DNA of 64,000 nt from Paecilomyces variotii. Its lineage: Eukaryota. Numbering within the stretch: position 1 is the first letter of the stretch; the number at the start of each line of letters is the position of its first letter. This document shows positions 1 through 11,769 of this stretch, in pieces. The notes under the pieces are model-generated. The model ran no database searches and had not been told where the DNA came from. It was given only the letters and a program-made list of their open reading frames with translations. The stretch lies in the NCBI GenBank assembly GCA_004022145.1, contig RCNU01000007.1. The stretch is one strand, 5' to 3'. The position numbers were made by a program, and so were the translations under genes.

Positions 1-625
1 GCCAGGTGATATAAACCGCGAGCGATTTATGCATTCAGGACTAGTTGTTTTCCCGGACAGCTGCCTGGCCATCCAACCACTGCCGGAAACACGTACGGAG
101 TAAAGATATGGCCACACGAAAAAGGGGAAGATCCTCAGTCGTTAAAGGAGAGAAAAAGCTATGACCGACCATTACAGTATTACCCAGTGCTTCCAACCTT
201 TCTGAGTCACGTCTCAGTAGTTAGTTAGCTTTTATTTTTAGCAGTATGCCGAAGACGCATCCTATTCTTCACGGGTAGATCACATGCTCAACTGCTCGAA
301 GAGGAGAGGCGAACATTCTCTACTGATTATGATACCACAATCAAAGGTATAAGTTGTTTCCACATGCTTTGAAAAAGAAGTCAATAGAGCCATGGTCACT
401 TATCACCTTAACCTAGGATCATCTCACTCCCAGTAACTCGTGCCGGTTGCCTATTGACGAACTCAGTGTGCGGGTAATCCCTTCCAATTTCACTTTTCTC
501 TCCGTTTTCCTTTTCTTTACCTTAAATAGTACCTAGAAGTCTCCCATCTTCCTTTACTACATACTTCATCCGAGTACAGAAGCATCCTTGACGAAGAATT
601 GGTTAAACATCCGTTACAGACAAGC

Positions 626-1615
626 ATGGACAGCGTTAAGGTGAACGTTAACCTTCTACCGTTCGCAGACGTCCAAGATTCCATCACCAAAGCTAGGAAC
701 GAGTGGACAGAGACGAGAAACTTTAATACGGCTCATCATACGACCGATGAGATATTAGCAGTGGTTCCGGAAGAGAACGGTCTCCGTCACGTTAAACCGA
801 GTATCTACCCGACAAGGACTAGCCATTGGCTCGGGTTGATTGCTTCAACTCAAGGAATGAGGACATGGCATGTTTTCGAGATATCGCGCTATTTAGCAGA
901 GGAACTCGCTTCGCTGTATCTAACGTGGTGTTCGGGCAGACATTTGGGCGATGACACTCGTCAGGAATTAAAGTCCTTGTTCCCTAAGACTACAACAGTC
1001 GGGGTTAAGGCAGAGGATGTATTTCAGGGGGATAAATGGTTCCTGCGTGTCGATTACTGCAGCGCAAAGGACAGTGAAGCGGGTCATTCTGTCGTGGAAA
1101 GTTTAGATAACCTGATTGATCGCCTATACACGTCTATGCGGGCAATCAGGGCTATTACCGATATCCTCGAAGAGGACCCTCGCGAGAAGCCAAAGATCTT
1201 TTTGATACCTTTCAATGCAGCCATGGACTGCTCGAGAGAGTGCCGCGTTTTCTGCCCACCTCACAAGAACCGCGTTGCCGCGATCTCTCAGTACCGTTGG
1301 ACTGAGCCTTTCATCTTTAGGGATGCAGCTACTGCCCAGCAAGAAGCCCACGAGATCTATTCCGCAGCGTGCATCCTGCATTCACAGATTCTCGAGCATG
1401 CCGAAAGGACAGCTGACGCTGAGACGCGCAAGAGAATACAGAACGAGGGCTTTACCTTCGATATTTTGAGGCCAACTTCGGGGGACATCCAGTTAGTGGA
1501 GATTAACCCCTTTGGCGCTATGAGTGGATGTGGAAGCTGTCTCTTCCAGTGGATCCGAGACGCTAAACTACTTTATGGGTTGAAGGAGCAAGTGGAACTG
1601 CGGTTCGCTGTTTAG
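626..1615 (+). CDS. Divergent Cdc123/D123-like (R2K-clade) ATP-grasp protein, intronless
   Basis: ORF 599..1615; first ATG at 626. Motifs WFLRVDYCSAKDS, RECRVFC, AISQY and IQLVEINPFG parallel Cdc123-type motifs (F.KL.wsAPKDA, EFRcFV, aISQ, LIDiNPF). Confidence 0.7.
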   Translation: MDSVKVNVNLLPFADVQDSITKARNEWTETRNFNTAHHTTDEILAVVPEENGLRHVKPSIYPTRTSHWLGLIASTQGMRTWHVFEISRYLAEELASLYLTWCSGRHLGDDTRQELKSLFPKTTTVGVKAEDVFQGDKWFLRVDYCSAKDSEAGHSVVESLDNLIDRLYTSMRAIRAITDILEEDPREKPKIFLIPFNAAMDCSRECRVFCPPHKNRVAAISQYRWTEPFIFRDAATAQQEAHEIYSAACILHSQILEHAERTADAETRKRIQNEGFTFDILRPTSGDIQLVEINPFGAMSGCGSCLFQWIRDAKLLYGLKEQVELRFAV

Positions 1616-2616
1616 GAGAGCATCCTTTTGCTGGAAAAAGAAACGTGTTTTTAAGACCGTTTCGAGTTTACACTGCTTCCATGCTCGATCTTGCGATGAT
1701 GATTGAAGTGTGCTCCCGTACCATATCTCGATCACTTGATATCCCCCCGGATTGCTTGGGGTTTGTCGAAAGAATGGGGCACAGCCACCACCAACCAACA
1801 GTTTTGAAAACCTTGGCCGCGTTGCTTCAGGGATCACGCAGCATCTGGAGCATAGGGTATGCAAAGCCCTTTGCCGTCATGAACTGATATTTTGCCAGGG
1901 TCCTGTGGCGGCCTTCCAGTGAAAAGCGGAGCAGCCATTTATAAGCGTTCAAATAGCGCCGGTAGCTATGGCTTCGTTTGACCTGCGGAGAAGTGATCTG
2001 CATGTCTGACTTCTGTTGTACCACGTAGGAGAAGGGACGCCAGGATGAAAACATCGTTACTTGTTGCTTGCTGGTCAAGGTCGCCAGGGACAGTCGGTAG
2101 CTCTGCGCGTTGCGGATTCGGGGTCCAGACGGGCAAAGCAAATGTGAGGCGTCATACCGATATACGGAGTAATAATAAGATAGTTAATCTGAATATCCAG
2201 AGGTAGAAAAAATAATAATAAACGAGAACCCACTCCCAAGGGTCGACCGGGGCGTACAGTGGAGACGGTCATGGAATGAATGGAACACGCCGCCGAAGTC
2301 GACCGAACGAAAGGAAGCTCGTGCGATAAGACGTGCAGGGAAAAGGAGACGATGCTCGTTGGGCCTAGAATAGATTTGAAGACAATCAGGGGCCGTGCTC
2401 CATCACGTGTGCCCTTGACAGCGCCCATCTTAAGAGTATCACCATCGAACGTTGTCTCATTTCTCTCTTTTCTTTTCCTCCTGCCTCTGCATTATTATTA
2501 TTATCATTGTTGTTGCTGTTAGCTTGATCCCCTGGCCTTGTGCTACAATTCCCAAATCGGTAATTGGGAAACACTGTTTCTACAAACAACTACCACAACA
2601 CTACACCGCAATCTCG

Positions 2617-2648
<32 letters not shown>

Positions 2649-2681
2649 CCCGCAGTACGATATCTTTCAACTCTCTTCATA

Positions 2682-3216
2682 ATGCCTGGTGTTCGTAAGT
2701 ACTTGACTTCCTCTCAGTAATTCTGAGTCTCTGAGCACCTCTTTGCTCCATGCGGATCTTTGTTGACTCTTGGGAGAAGCCCCAAACGCATTTGCTCAGG
2801 TGAAGAAGAGCTTTAAGAAGCTCTTCAGCCGCAAGAAGAAGGGAAAGAAGGCGGACGGCCAGGCTGCTGATCCAGCCGCTGAGACGAAACCTGAAGAGCC
2901 AGCGGCCGAAGGTGGTGAGTCACCAGCGTTCCAGGCTCATTGGTCGTTTTAAGTCGAGAATCTCAGCATGCTAATACTTATATCACAGCTGCCGGTGCAG
3001 ATAAGCCCGCTGAAGAAGCCAAGCCTGCCGAAGACAAGCCCGCAGAAACGAAGCCAGAAGAAACCGCTGAAGGAGCTAAGACTGAGGAGACTCCGGCGCC
3101 AGCAGAATCAGCTGCTGCTCCTGCCGCTGAGCCTGCTAAGGGTTCGTGTTCAATGCAGTATCGACAAGAGTATTAGAGCCTTGCTGACTGTCCCAACAGA
3201 TGAGCCCGCGAAATAA
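2682..3216 (+). CDS. Small (~105 aa) four-exon protein: basic amphipathic N-terminus plus Ala/Glu/Pro/Lys-rich disordered tail
   Basis: ATG 2682. Introns 2695-2779 (or -2776), 2915-2988 and 3142-3199 have GT..AG ends and join ORF pieces 2770, 2940 and 2968 in frame to TAA 3214-3216. Confidence 0.75.
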
Positions 3217-4017
3217 GCGATCATTTCCTATCCCACGGTTTCTCTGAATAGTCATGGAAATTTCCGTCATGAGTGTTTAAGACTCTTGGCTCGTCGGTTG
3301 ATCCTCTACCATCGTTTCCGCTTTCCTACATACCTTAATACTTGTTTGTCCTTTTTTTCTGGACCACAATACCCAAGCGCGTTCTCACGCTTTTCATTTC
3401 ATTTGCATAATACCCTATTTTGAGTTGACTTTGAAGCCACTTATCAGATGAGAGTACCGAATCGAGCCTGTGGTCTCTTTTGTCGTCTTCAATATCCCGG
3501 AGACTTATGTCTCTTCGCTTCTCATATGCTTTGCTAGTTCGAACCTTACAAATGATTTCGGGGAAAGATACCATGTATGATTGCGATAGCTGAGCTATGA
3601 AATAGAAAAGAAAACCATAACTCAGGTTCTGACTTGATTCCCTTGCTCCATCCGACACTAAAAAAATACGTGCTTGATACCCTGTAAGTTGAGAGCCAGG
3701 AGCGTGCAACCTTTTAGATGGGGCGGACTTCCCGTTACAATTCACGATAAATATGCGAGTATAAACCATTGTTGAAATCAGTTGGGCCTCTGATATATCT
3801 TTGGAACTTTTGGCTTCTGTAGTCCCCTGGATCGTGTGTACCATAGAAAGGTTGCGAGGCGGCTGCGGAGACTACTTAACTTAGCAACGTCACCGCTTGG
3901 GCACCAGAGCTTCCTTGTGTGGGACATCGATGACTACGGTATGCAGCTCTCAAACAGGACCAACGTGAGACCAAAACAACTCGCACGGTCTGTTAAAATG
4001 ACTACAAAGCTTTCCTA

Positions 4018-7000
4018 ATGGACTACGCCACGATGGAGACGTTCGATGTGTCCGTCCCCCATGAGCCCCGTTCCGACGTGGTCACCGTGGGGGAGCGGAC
4101 GCAAGAGGCACAACAACCGAAACCTGTATTGGACCTGAAGAAATCACCATCGGCGCCTGTGGTCACAGCTGGTGATCCAGCGGCATCTCCAGAGATTCCA
4201 CCGCCAGCAGAAAGGCCAGCCAGGGCCAAAACGGAATTAGCGGACCTCGAAGATGTGCCAGAGACCCCGAAGGGCGCGCCTTCGTTTCCAGAGCTATCCT
4301 ACAATCCGCCAGTGCCTCCAGATGCTGCGGATGAACAGGCGGATGAAGGAGACGAAGAACCGCCAGTTGCGACGTCCTTTGAACGAGGTGCTTCCCCGGT
4401 AGAATCTGTGCCCAAGAACCGGACTGCGCTCTATGAGAGACTCAGCGAGGATGGCATTGCGCGGATGCATAAATTCTCTCTATACGAGACAGCCACCCGG
4501 TATTATATGGTTGGCATGGATTTGCTGGATACGCGCTTCCGGATTCTGAAAATTGATCGCACTGCAGATACGGGAGATCTTAGTATCGCTGAAGATGACA
4601 TCGTCTATACGAAGAAACAGATGAGTCAGTTGTTAGATGCTATCGATGACGGCAACAAGAGCTCTGGCGGTTTGAAACTGAAATGCAGCGCTTGGGGTCT
4701 TCTCGGTTTCATTAGGTTTACTGGCGCGTACTACATGTTGCTCGTCACCAAGAGAAGTCAGGTGGCGATGATAGGCGGCCACTACGTTTACCAGATCGAC
4801 GGCACAGAGCTGGTATCATTGACAACGACTTCCCGATTCAAGCCTGAAAAGTATCCAGAAGAGGCCCGGTATATCGGGATCTTGAATAACCTTGATCTGA
4901 CGCGCTCCTTCTATTTCAGTTATTCGTACGATATCACGAGGACTTTACAGCACAATATCTGTCGCGAGAGACTCAACCTCCAGAAGGGCTTGCCACACAC
5001 TGCCAACCATGATCACAATTCCATGTTTGTCTGGAATCAACATCTGCTGAACCCTGCTGCTGCAACACTGAAGAATACTTATGATTGGTGTCTTCCCATT
5101 ATCCACGGCTACGTCGACCAGTCCAAGCTATCTGTATATGGACGGCTGGTGTATATCACAATCATTGCACGTCGGTCCAGATTCTTTGCAGGCGCACGAT
5201 ATTTGAAGCGAGGAGCCAACGATCTTGGCTATGTCGCCAATGATGTGGAAACGGAACAGATCGTATCTGAGATGACAACGACATCTTTCCACGCTCCTGG
5301 CCCGAAATTGTATTCGAATCCGCAGTATACATCCTATGTCCAGCATCGAGGCAGTATTCCACTGTACTGGACTCAAGAAAGTACTGGAGTTACTCCGAAG
5401 CCAGACATTGAGTTGAATCTCGTGGATCCGTTTTACTCCGCAGCCGCATTGCATTTCAACGATCTGTTTATGAGATACGGTGCCCCCGTATACGTCCTGA
5501 ACCTCATTAAAGCAAAAGAGAGAACGCCACGTGAATCAAAGCTTCTGAAGGAATACACCAATGCGATCACTTATCTCAACCAGTTTTTACCAGACGACAA
5601 AAAGATTATCTACAAGGCATGGGACATGAGCCGAGCGTCGAAGAGCCGCGACCAAGACGTCATTGGAACGCTGGAAGACATCGCGAGTGACATAATACCA
5701 AAGACAGGCTTCTTCAAGAACGGAGAAGATGCGGAATCTGGCCTCCAACTACAGAATGGTGTCGCTAGAACAAATTGCATAGACTGTCTCGACCGCACTA
5801 ACGCCGCCCAATTTGTCATAGGGAAACGAGCCTTAGGGTATCAGCTCCACGCTTTAGGAGTGATTGATGTGACTACGGTCGGTTACGATACCGATGCAGT
5901 TAACCTCTTCACTAACATGTGGCATGACCACGGCGACACGATTGCCATCCAGTACGGAGGATCCCACCTTGTCAACACTATGGCAACTTACCGAAAGATT
6001 AATCAATGGACAAGCCAGTCGAGAGATATGGTTGAGAGTTTCAAGAGATATTACAATAATTCGTTCTTAGATGCTCAGCGTCAGGAAGCATACAATCTCT
6101 TTTTGGGGAATTACATCTTCTCTCAAGGCCAGCCCATGCTGTGGGATTTGTCTACGGACTACTATCTCCACCATGCTGACCCACGAGCCTGGTTAGATCT
6201 GAAAAGGCCTAATTATATCTGCTGGTATAACCAAGAATTCCTGGAGAAGCGTCAAATGCCACCTGCAGTGTGGTCGCAGAAAACAGCGAAGGAGCCGATC
6301 GAGTACTTTGACGACTACTGGTTGGAATACTATAGGCCTCTAGCGTTGTCCTCATACTCCAAGATTTTCTCGTTCAAAATGAACTCCACGCTCCGGTATC
6401 TACCATTCCGCTGGACCCAAGGTGGTCGATACGATCTCAGCCCTTTCGTCCCTCGGATACTGCACGAGTCAGTGAGTCGTGACGGACCACAACCACAGCG
6501 GAAAGGAGTGAAGATCAAAGAGCCCTCCGACAACTCCAGCGATTACTCTAACGGATCACGCTCAGGCATCATGACACCGTCCGCCCAGGCATGGAGCCAC
6601 CAGCCGCCTTCAGCAGAGAGACGTCCTCCACCTGCGGGTATCATCAAAGAGCCCGCGTTTGAACTCTCCAACGGATCTATAATCCCAACGATGCCATCAT
6701 CTACCTCAGAGTTATCCACCACACCTAGCAAAGCCCAGATTGCGCAATGGACTCTCGGCCAACTCGTCACAGACAGCCTCAATCCTTCCGTTACCTCCAC
6801 CGAAGCCGAAGAGTATGAACGGTACATCAACCACCCACTCAAGGTACCTCTAGTCGTGACCTCCGAGGCCGAAATGACCGCTACCTCAATCCGCGAGCGC
6901 GTCTCCAACATTGATTACCTCGAGTACATCAACAAGTGCGATCTCGAAGACAGCAGTCTCGACGGCATGGCGGAAGAAAATTTGGCAGATTATGTAGAGT

Positions 7001-7122
7001 TCCTGAACGTCTCAGAGGAAGGATTGACGGTTGTAGCGGAGGACTACGAGAAGAAGAGGTATAAGCGCTATCGACAGTGGTTGAGAGGGAAGAGTCTGTT
7101 TAAGCAGCGTGTAGACGTGTGA
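4018..7122 (+). CDS. FIG4: Polyphosphoinositide phosphatase Fig4 (Sac domain PI(3,5)P2 5-phosphatase)
   Basis: 1034-aa intronless ORF with Sac-domain motifs RRSRFFAGARYLKRG, VANDVETEQ, RGSIPLYW and the catalytic CX5R motif RTNCIDCLDRTN. Confidence 0.95.
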   Translation: MDYATMETFDVSVPHEPRSDVVTVGERTQEAQQPKPVLDLKKSPSAPVVTAGDPAASPEIPPPAERPARAKTELADLEDVPETPKGAPSFPELSYNPPVPPDAADEQADEGDEEPPVATSFERGASPVESVPKNRTALYERLSEDGIARMHKFSLYETATRYYMVGMDLLDTRFRILKIDRTADTGDLSIAEDDIVYTKKQMSQLLDAIDDGNKSSGGLKLKCSAWGLLGFIRFTGAYYMLLVTKRSQVAMIGGHYVYQIDGTELVSLTTTSRFKPEKYPEEARYIGILNNLDLTRSFYFSYSYDITRTLQHNICRERLNLQKGLPHTANHDHNSMFVWNQHLLNPAAATLKNTYDWCLPIIHGYVDQSKLSVYGRLVYITIIARRSRFFAGARYLKRGANDLGYVANDVETEQIVSEMTTTSFHAPGPKLYSNPQYTSYVQHRGSIPLYWTQESTGVTPKPDIELNLVDPFYSAAALHFNDLFMRYGAPVYVLNLIKAKERTPRESKLLKEYTNAITYLNQFLPDDKKIIYKAWDMSRASKSRDQDVIGTLEDIASDIIPKTGFFKNGEDAESGLQLQNGVARTNCIDCLDRTNAAQFVIGKRALGYQLHALGVIDVTTVGYDTDAVNLFTNMWHDHGDTIAIQYGGSHLVNTMATYRKINQWTSQSRDMVESFKRYYNNSFLDAQRQEAYNLFLGNYIFSQGQPMLWDLSTDYYLHHADPRAWLDLKRPNYICWYNQEFLEKRQMPPAVWSQKTAKEPIEYFDDYWLEYYRPLALSSYSKIFSFKMNSTLRYLPFRWTQGGRYDLSPFVPRILHESVSRDGPQPQRKGVKIKEPSDNSSDYSNGSRSGIMTPSAQAWSHQPPSAERRPPPAGIIKEPAFELSNGSIIPTMPSSTSELSTTPSKAQIAQWTLGQLVTDSLNPSVTSTEAEEYERYINHPLKVPLVVTSEAEMTATSIRERVSNIDYLEYINKCDLEDSSLDGMAEENLADYVEFLNVSEEGLTVVAEDYEKKRYKRYRQWLRGKSLFKQRVDV

Positions 7123-7380
7123 TGTGATATGATGCTCTCTGTTTTTGTCTTTGGCTTTCTCTTAACTTTTTTTAGTATAGTACCCTTTCTACGATTGATG
7201 TAATGATACCCTCTTCGCATGTTTAACGTCTGGGTCTACGAATGGAATGCGGACGACTCAGGAGTTCTTCAACTATGTTCTACTATGTTTGTTTTCGCTC
7301 AGTAGTTAGTCGTTCTCGTTTCCTAGATCTACTTTTTTTAAAAAAAAACTCAGACATTACAAGCCATACAACCGATCTAT

Positions 7381-9455
7381 CTATCCAAACAGCTCCTCAA
7401 CACCACCAGGAGAGATATCCACAAACAACAACCCCCTCAAATCCTCATCCGCAGTAACAAGATCCATAAACTCTTTCTCTACATCAATATCCTCAGTAAG
7501 ACCCAGCCAATTATCCTCCTGGAACTTCCCATCTACTTTGACTTGTTCCGAGACCGAAATCAGCACCACCTTGAGCAGATAAGCACAGCCTTGAAGTTGA
7601 TTCTTCAATCGTTCAAGTTGCGATATTCCGTTTTCGTGTTCTATCTGCTGTGCCGAGGGAGAGATATCCACGACTGGACGAGTTTGATCTTGATCCTTCT
7701 CTATCCGATGTGCGATTTCTTTCTCTTCCTCAAGGACATGTAGCCAGCACGTGCATATTCCGCCTAGGATCTCTCCACGCCAGCGCCAGATGCGCGGATG
7801 CGCGTTGAGAATAATGCTCCTTGTTGCTGTCGTCGCGGCCAGGAGGAGGGGTATGTATGCAGTGCCGAAAGGGTTGGTTAGCGTAGAGTAGAGAAGGGGG
7901 ATGATATCCTGTAAGTGTTTCGTGAGGTGGATGCGTACTTCGTTGGAGATGATGCTCAGTTGTTGAAGGAGGAAAGTGGATAGGCGCGGGTATGGGAATG
8001 ATGCGATGGATGAGGACGCGGTTGGTGTGTTGGAGCTGATGTGGTGGAAGGATGGGATGAGGCTGATGCGGAGGATTTGCGTTATGCTATGGATGTAGGC
8101 TGTCTTGTCGTTCTCGCGAGATTGGCTCTTGGTGGAGCTCGATTGTGAGTCGGTTTGAGGGTAGCGAGTCTTCAGAACCGATAGGAGGGCTGAGTAGGCG
8201 GCTCCAAGGAGCTGGAGGGACTCTTCTTCGGGGGTGATTGTTGGCAGGGAGAGGAGACATGGTGTGATGGCGTCTTCGAAAACGGAGGACAGGTTCGTCC
8301 GACGGAGGATGTCGGATTTGCCTTCTCGGAGAGGAACGAGTAGTTTGGAGAGGAGGTTGCAACCGCGAGTCTTGAATGATATGTTTTCATCATCGATTAG
8401 TGAGAGAATGGGTGGGACAAGTAATGGGAAGTGACCCTCGACGCGAAGGGTGTCTGAAGGCTATGATGAGAGGACTTGTTAGCGGAGAGTAATACTATGG
8501 AATTGGAGATTTGGGATGTTTTGATAATGGCGAAAGCCACACACACGTACCTGATAAATAGAAAGAATCCATGAAAAGACTGTGGTACAGTATACATCAC
8601 GGTACTTCCATGGCTTGGTTTCTGGATCCAGCGAACTGTAATCAAACCGAGTCGCAGGCATAGGATGCAGATTCTTGCGACCTGTCGAGGTAATTGCTGG
8701 ATTCTTCGTCTTTGCGAAAAGAGGCTTGATTCTCGTTTTGAGAGTATCTTCAAAAGTGGACCATAAACTGGAAGCATCGTCCGATCGCCTCCTCGAGACA
8801 TATGTATCTAGGACTTCCAGAGCCTGTCTACAGCTTTGCTGAGTCGTCCATGGATCCCTTTCAGACGTGAAACTAGCAAGAGTCGTAACGATGTCGACGA
8901 CGTTACTTGCTTCTTCTATGGGCAAGATAGTGCTCAGACTCGAGATCACAGAGATTCCTAGTGATAATCTGAATCTACTATCCTTCAAGCTGTCTGTAAG
9001 AGGCTTGTGTTTTTCTTCTGTTGTGAGAGTCAGATCGTGCATAAGCTGCGTGATACAAGGGCCAGCAACGTACTGTCAGCCGAATAGGCCACCTCCAACG
9101 CATCTGCAAACTCTGATGATGGTAAAGAAATCCGGCCGAGCCATCCGTAGAGATCATTTGCAGCTTTTCTATCTGTCTCAGAGAGAGATTTAGAGCCCCA
9201 GGCTCTCAGAGACGCCTGTGCCACAAGGAGGCTTTCACATGTCTAGAATGCGTCGTTAGCAGCGTCGTCTACAGAACTTAGTAATTGGATGGCGGCCCTC
9301 ACTTCTTGATGACTGGTTAGATTACGGTCTAGGATATCTCTAGACAGAGTGTCCAGTCCGTCTGGCAGGGCAACTCCATCGGGGTCGAATTCCGGACTGT
9401 TCTCTCGGTCTGCCTTTTTCAGATATTCACGTGCCGCACTGCGGAGTGCGTCCAT
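7381..9455 (-). CDS. TTI2: TTT complex subunit Tti2-like (Tel2-interacting protein 2), multi-exon
   Basis: Exons joined from ORFs 9243-9455, 9030-9224, 8479-9042 and 7381-7671, plus an exon below 8460 that reads HFPLLVPPILSLIDD...KTRGC...RRTNLSSVFEDAITPCLLSLPTITPEEES. Also KNPAITSTGRK and ETKPWK, typical of fungal Tti2. Confidence 0.8.
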
Positions 9456-9700
9456 GACAGGTCGAATCTAGGAGATTCCAAGGCGATGCATTCACAACGT
9501 TGGTCTTATATGCGCTCAGTCATGCAAATACAATAAATTGGTGGGTATTTCATTAATACAATGGATGAAGTCCCGCGATGCGGAGAGATTTTGATGGGTG
9601 TCCAATCAAGGACGTCAACTATTTAAGTACGGACTACTGGCGATTTACCCGATTTTACTTCTGAGCCTGTCAACCAGTTCCTCCACAACTCCCCATAAGC

Positions 9701-11769
9701 CTATCTGGCTGGCTTGAAATCAAGCTCTGACTTCCTTTCTTGGAGCATCTCCAGGGCCTTCTCTTTGTCAGAAATTTCAGGATGCAGAAGCTGCCATTTT
9801 ATCACCATCTCCAGCGCCTTGCTCATCCAAGGTCCCTTGGTAGCGCCCAAACCCGCCATGATCTCTCCTCCATTTACAATAGGCTTTAGTTCACAAGCCC
9901 CGAGAAGATCTTTACTGCTGATGTACGACAAGAATTGGTCGTACTCACGGATAACTGCGGATAATTAGCCGCTATCTACAATGCACTGGAATTCGACGAA
10001 GGGAAACGGATCCTCCTTACCTTCGTCAAAGCTTCGGCCCTTCATAATCTCTAAAAGGATAGACATGACAACGCATAGCCTCCAGTCCTTTTTCCATTCG
10101 CGGATCTTTAGGCCAATTTGTTGTCGAATCTCCGCTTCTGTCCCGGGTATCAATCCCGCTAGTAGAGATCCCTTGGTTTCGATGATTTGAGCAGCGCTGT
10201 TGGCGGCATCAGTTAAGATGCTTGCAGTCTTATTATCTGCCCGTAGACTATCCCTGGCTACTTCAGTCACTCGAGGAGGAGGGCGCTTCTCCTTGTTGTT
10301 TTTTGGCTCACGCCCTGGTACGGTAGCCCAGGGCGCAAATGCAGCGATGATCCAGCAGTAGTATGCCTCTGATCTGTCGCTGACGAGGGTGTTCCGCACT
10401 CTTTCCACAGACTGGCCGATATCTCCTGCGCTTTCATGTGAGGGGCTGAGAAATCTCTCCAGAGCATTGTAGGCCAAGGACCATGACGACGTGTCAGCTT
10501 GCGCCTCATCTCGGTGATTCGCAAATATCGTGCTATATAGTCCTAGCCGATCGATGTATTCTAGGGCACCTCGGGGATCAGGACCTGGAATGCCAGTTAG
10601 CCGGTGTCGAAATCAGAATAGAAACACCAAAAGAACACACCTCGAAGCATTTTATCCAGTTCAGCTAAGACGCGCTCTTTGCTGATTTTTATCTTTAAAG
10701 CTTCCTTGATATCATCGTTTTGCATGGCTATTTCGGTCTCCTTATCGATTACGTATCCCAATCGGCTTGCGAATCGGATCAACCGTAGAACCCGCAGGGG
10801 ATCATCCTTGAATGTTTGGTAAGGCTCCAAAGGAGTCCGAATGATGCGGTACTTCATGTCCTCGATACCCCTGCCAGTGAAATCCTCGACTATTGAACGG
10901 TTCAGATTGTAGAAGAGGGCATTCACGGTAGCATCCCGACGCATGGCATCCTCTTCCGCAGTTCCAAATTCCATTTGAGGGTTGCGACTGTCTTCCGAAT
11001 ACGTCTCTTTTCGTAGATTAACCAGGTCAATATCCATCCCAAAAATCTTTGTTGTCACCGTTTCCAGATGCTTCGACTTCTCCGGATTTGCTTCGATCTT
11101 ATGAAGACTGACGATTGCATCGCTCAACTCGCCGTCCGGAAGGCTCCTCTTGTACTTTTCCAAGTTCTCTGGCACGTCGAGGTATTCCTTCAAGGCCATA
11201 CCGAACTGATATCCCGTCATGCTGCTAATCCCCACATCAATGTCATGACTGTCAACCCCTAAGAGCTTATCCCGCACCCAACCCCCAGTAAACCGTAGTA
11301 CCATCTCAGTCTCGGCCGCCGCATTATCGGTACCTTTCTCCGCGGCCCGCTGACGAACGTATTCTGCGACATCGAGTAGAAGAGCCTTGATCGTATTCTC
11401 TATAGGCGTAAGCTCGATTTGCGGTAAAGGTTGAGGGATTTCCTGCGGCGTTTGTGCACTTTTTGCGTGATCCATTGTCGATGGAGAGCTTTCGCGCGGG
11501 GCAGTCGCAGTGGATATACGCCTCCTCTTTGTCGCTCTTTCCGCAGGAATTTCGTCGTATTCCCTACCTGGCATGGAACAGTAAGGAGAATGGAGACGTC
11601 GAAGCGGGAAAATGGCTTGTGTTGAGGTCAATTGGCTGTTGCAGCGTATTGTATGACTCTCTGAAGGCCTGATGGCGGGATGGACTCGAGCAGGGAAATC
11701 GGCCGCAGCGCGTGGAGTCGAAAAGCGGCGGAGACGTGCAAGCTGTCTCTGAGAACGAAGAAACCGCAT
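9701..11769 (-). CDS. CCA1: CCA-adding tRNA nucleotidyltransferase, multi-exon
   Basis: Class II nucleotidyltransferase motifs GGWVRDKLLG..SHDIDV, EEDAMRRDATVNALFYN, FKDDPLRVLRLIRFASR and ISKERV. C-terminal exon has KPIVNG..GPWM. Arg-rich N-terminal presequence. Confidence 0.93.

Noticed and set aside
1-600. Possible Starship or large-transposon boundary at the window's left end
   Set aside because: No tyrosine-recombinase captain, terminal repeat or convincing target-site motif is visible.
3335-3844. 169-aa minus-strand ORF upstream of FIG4
   Set aside because: Non-ATG start, no family features, and it spans the expected 3' UTR and promoter of neighbouring genes.
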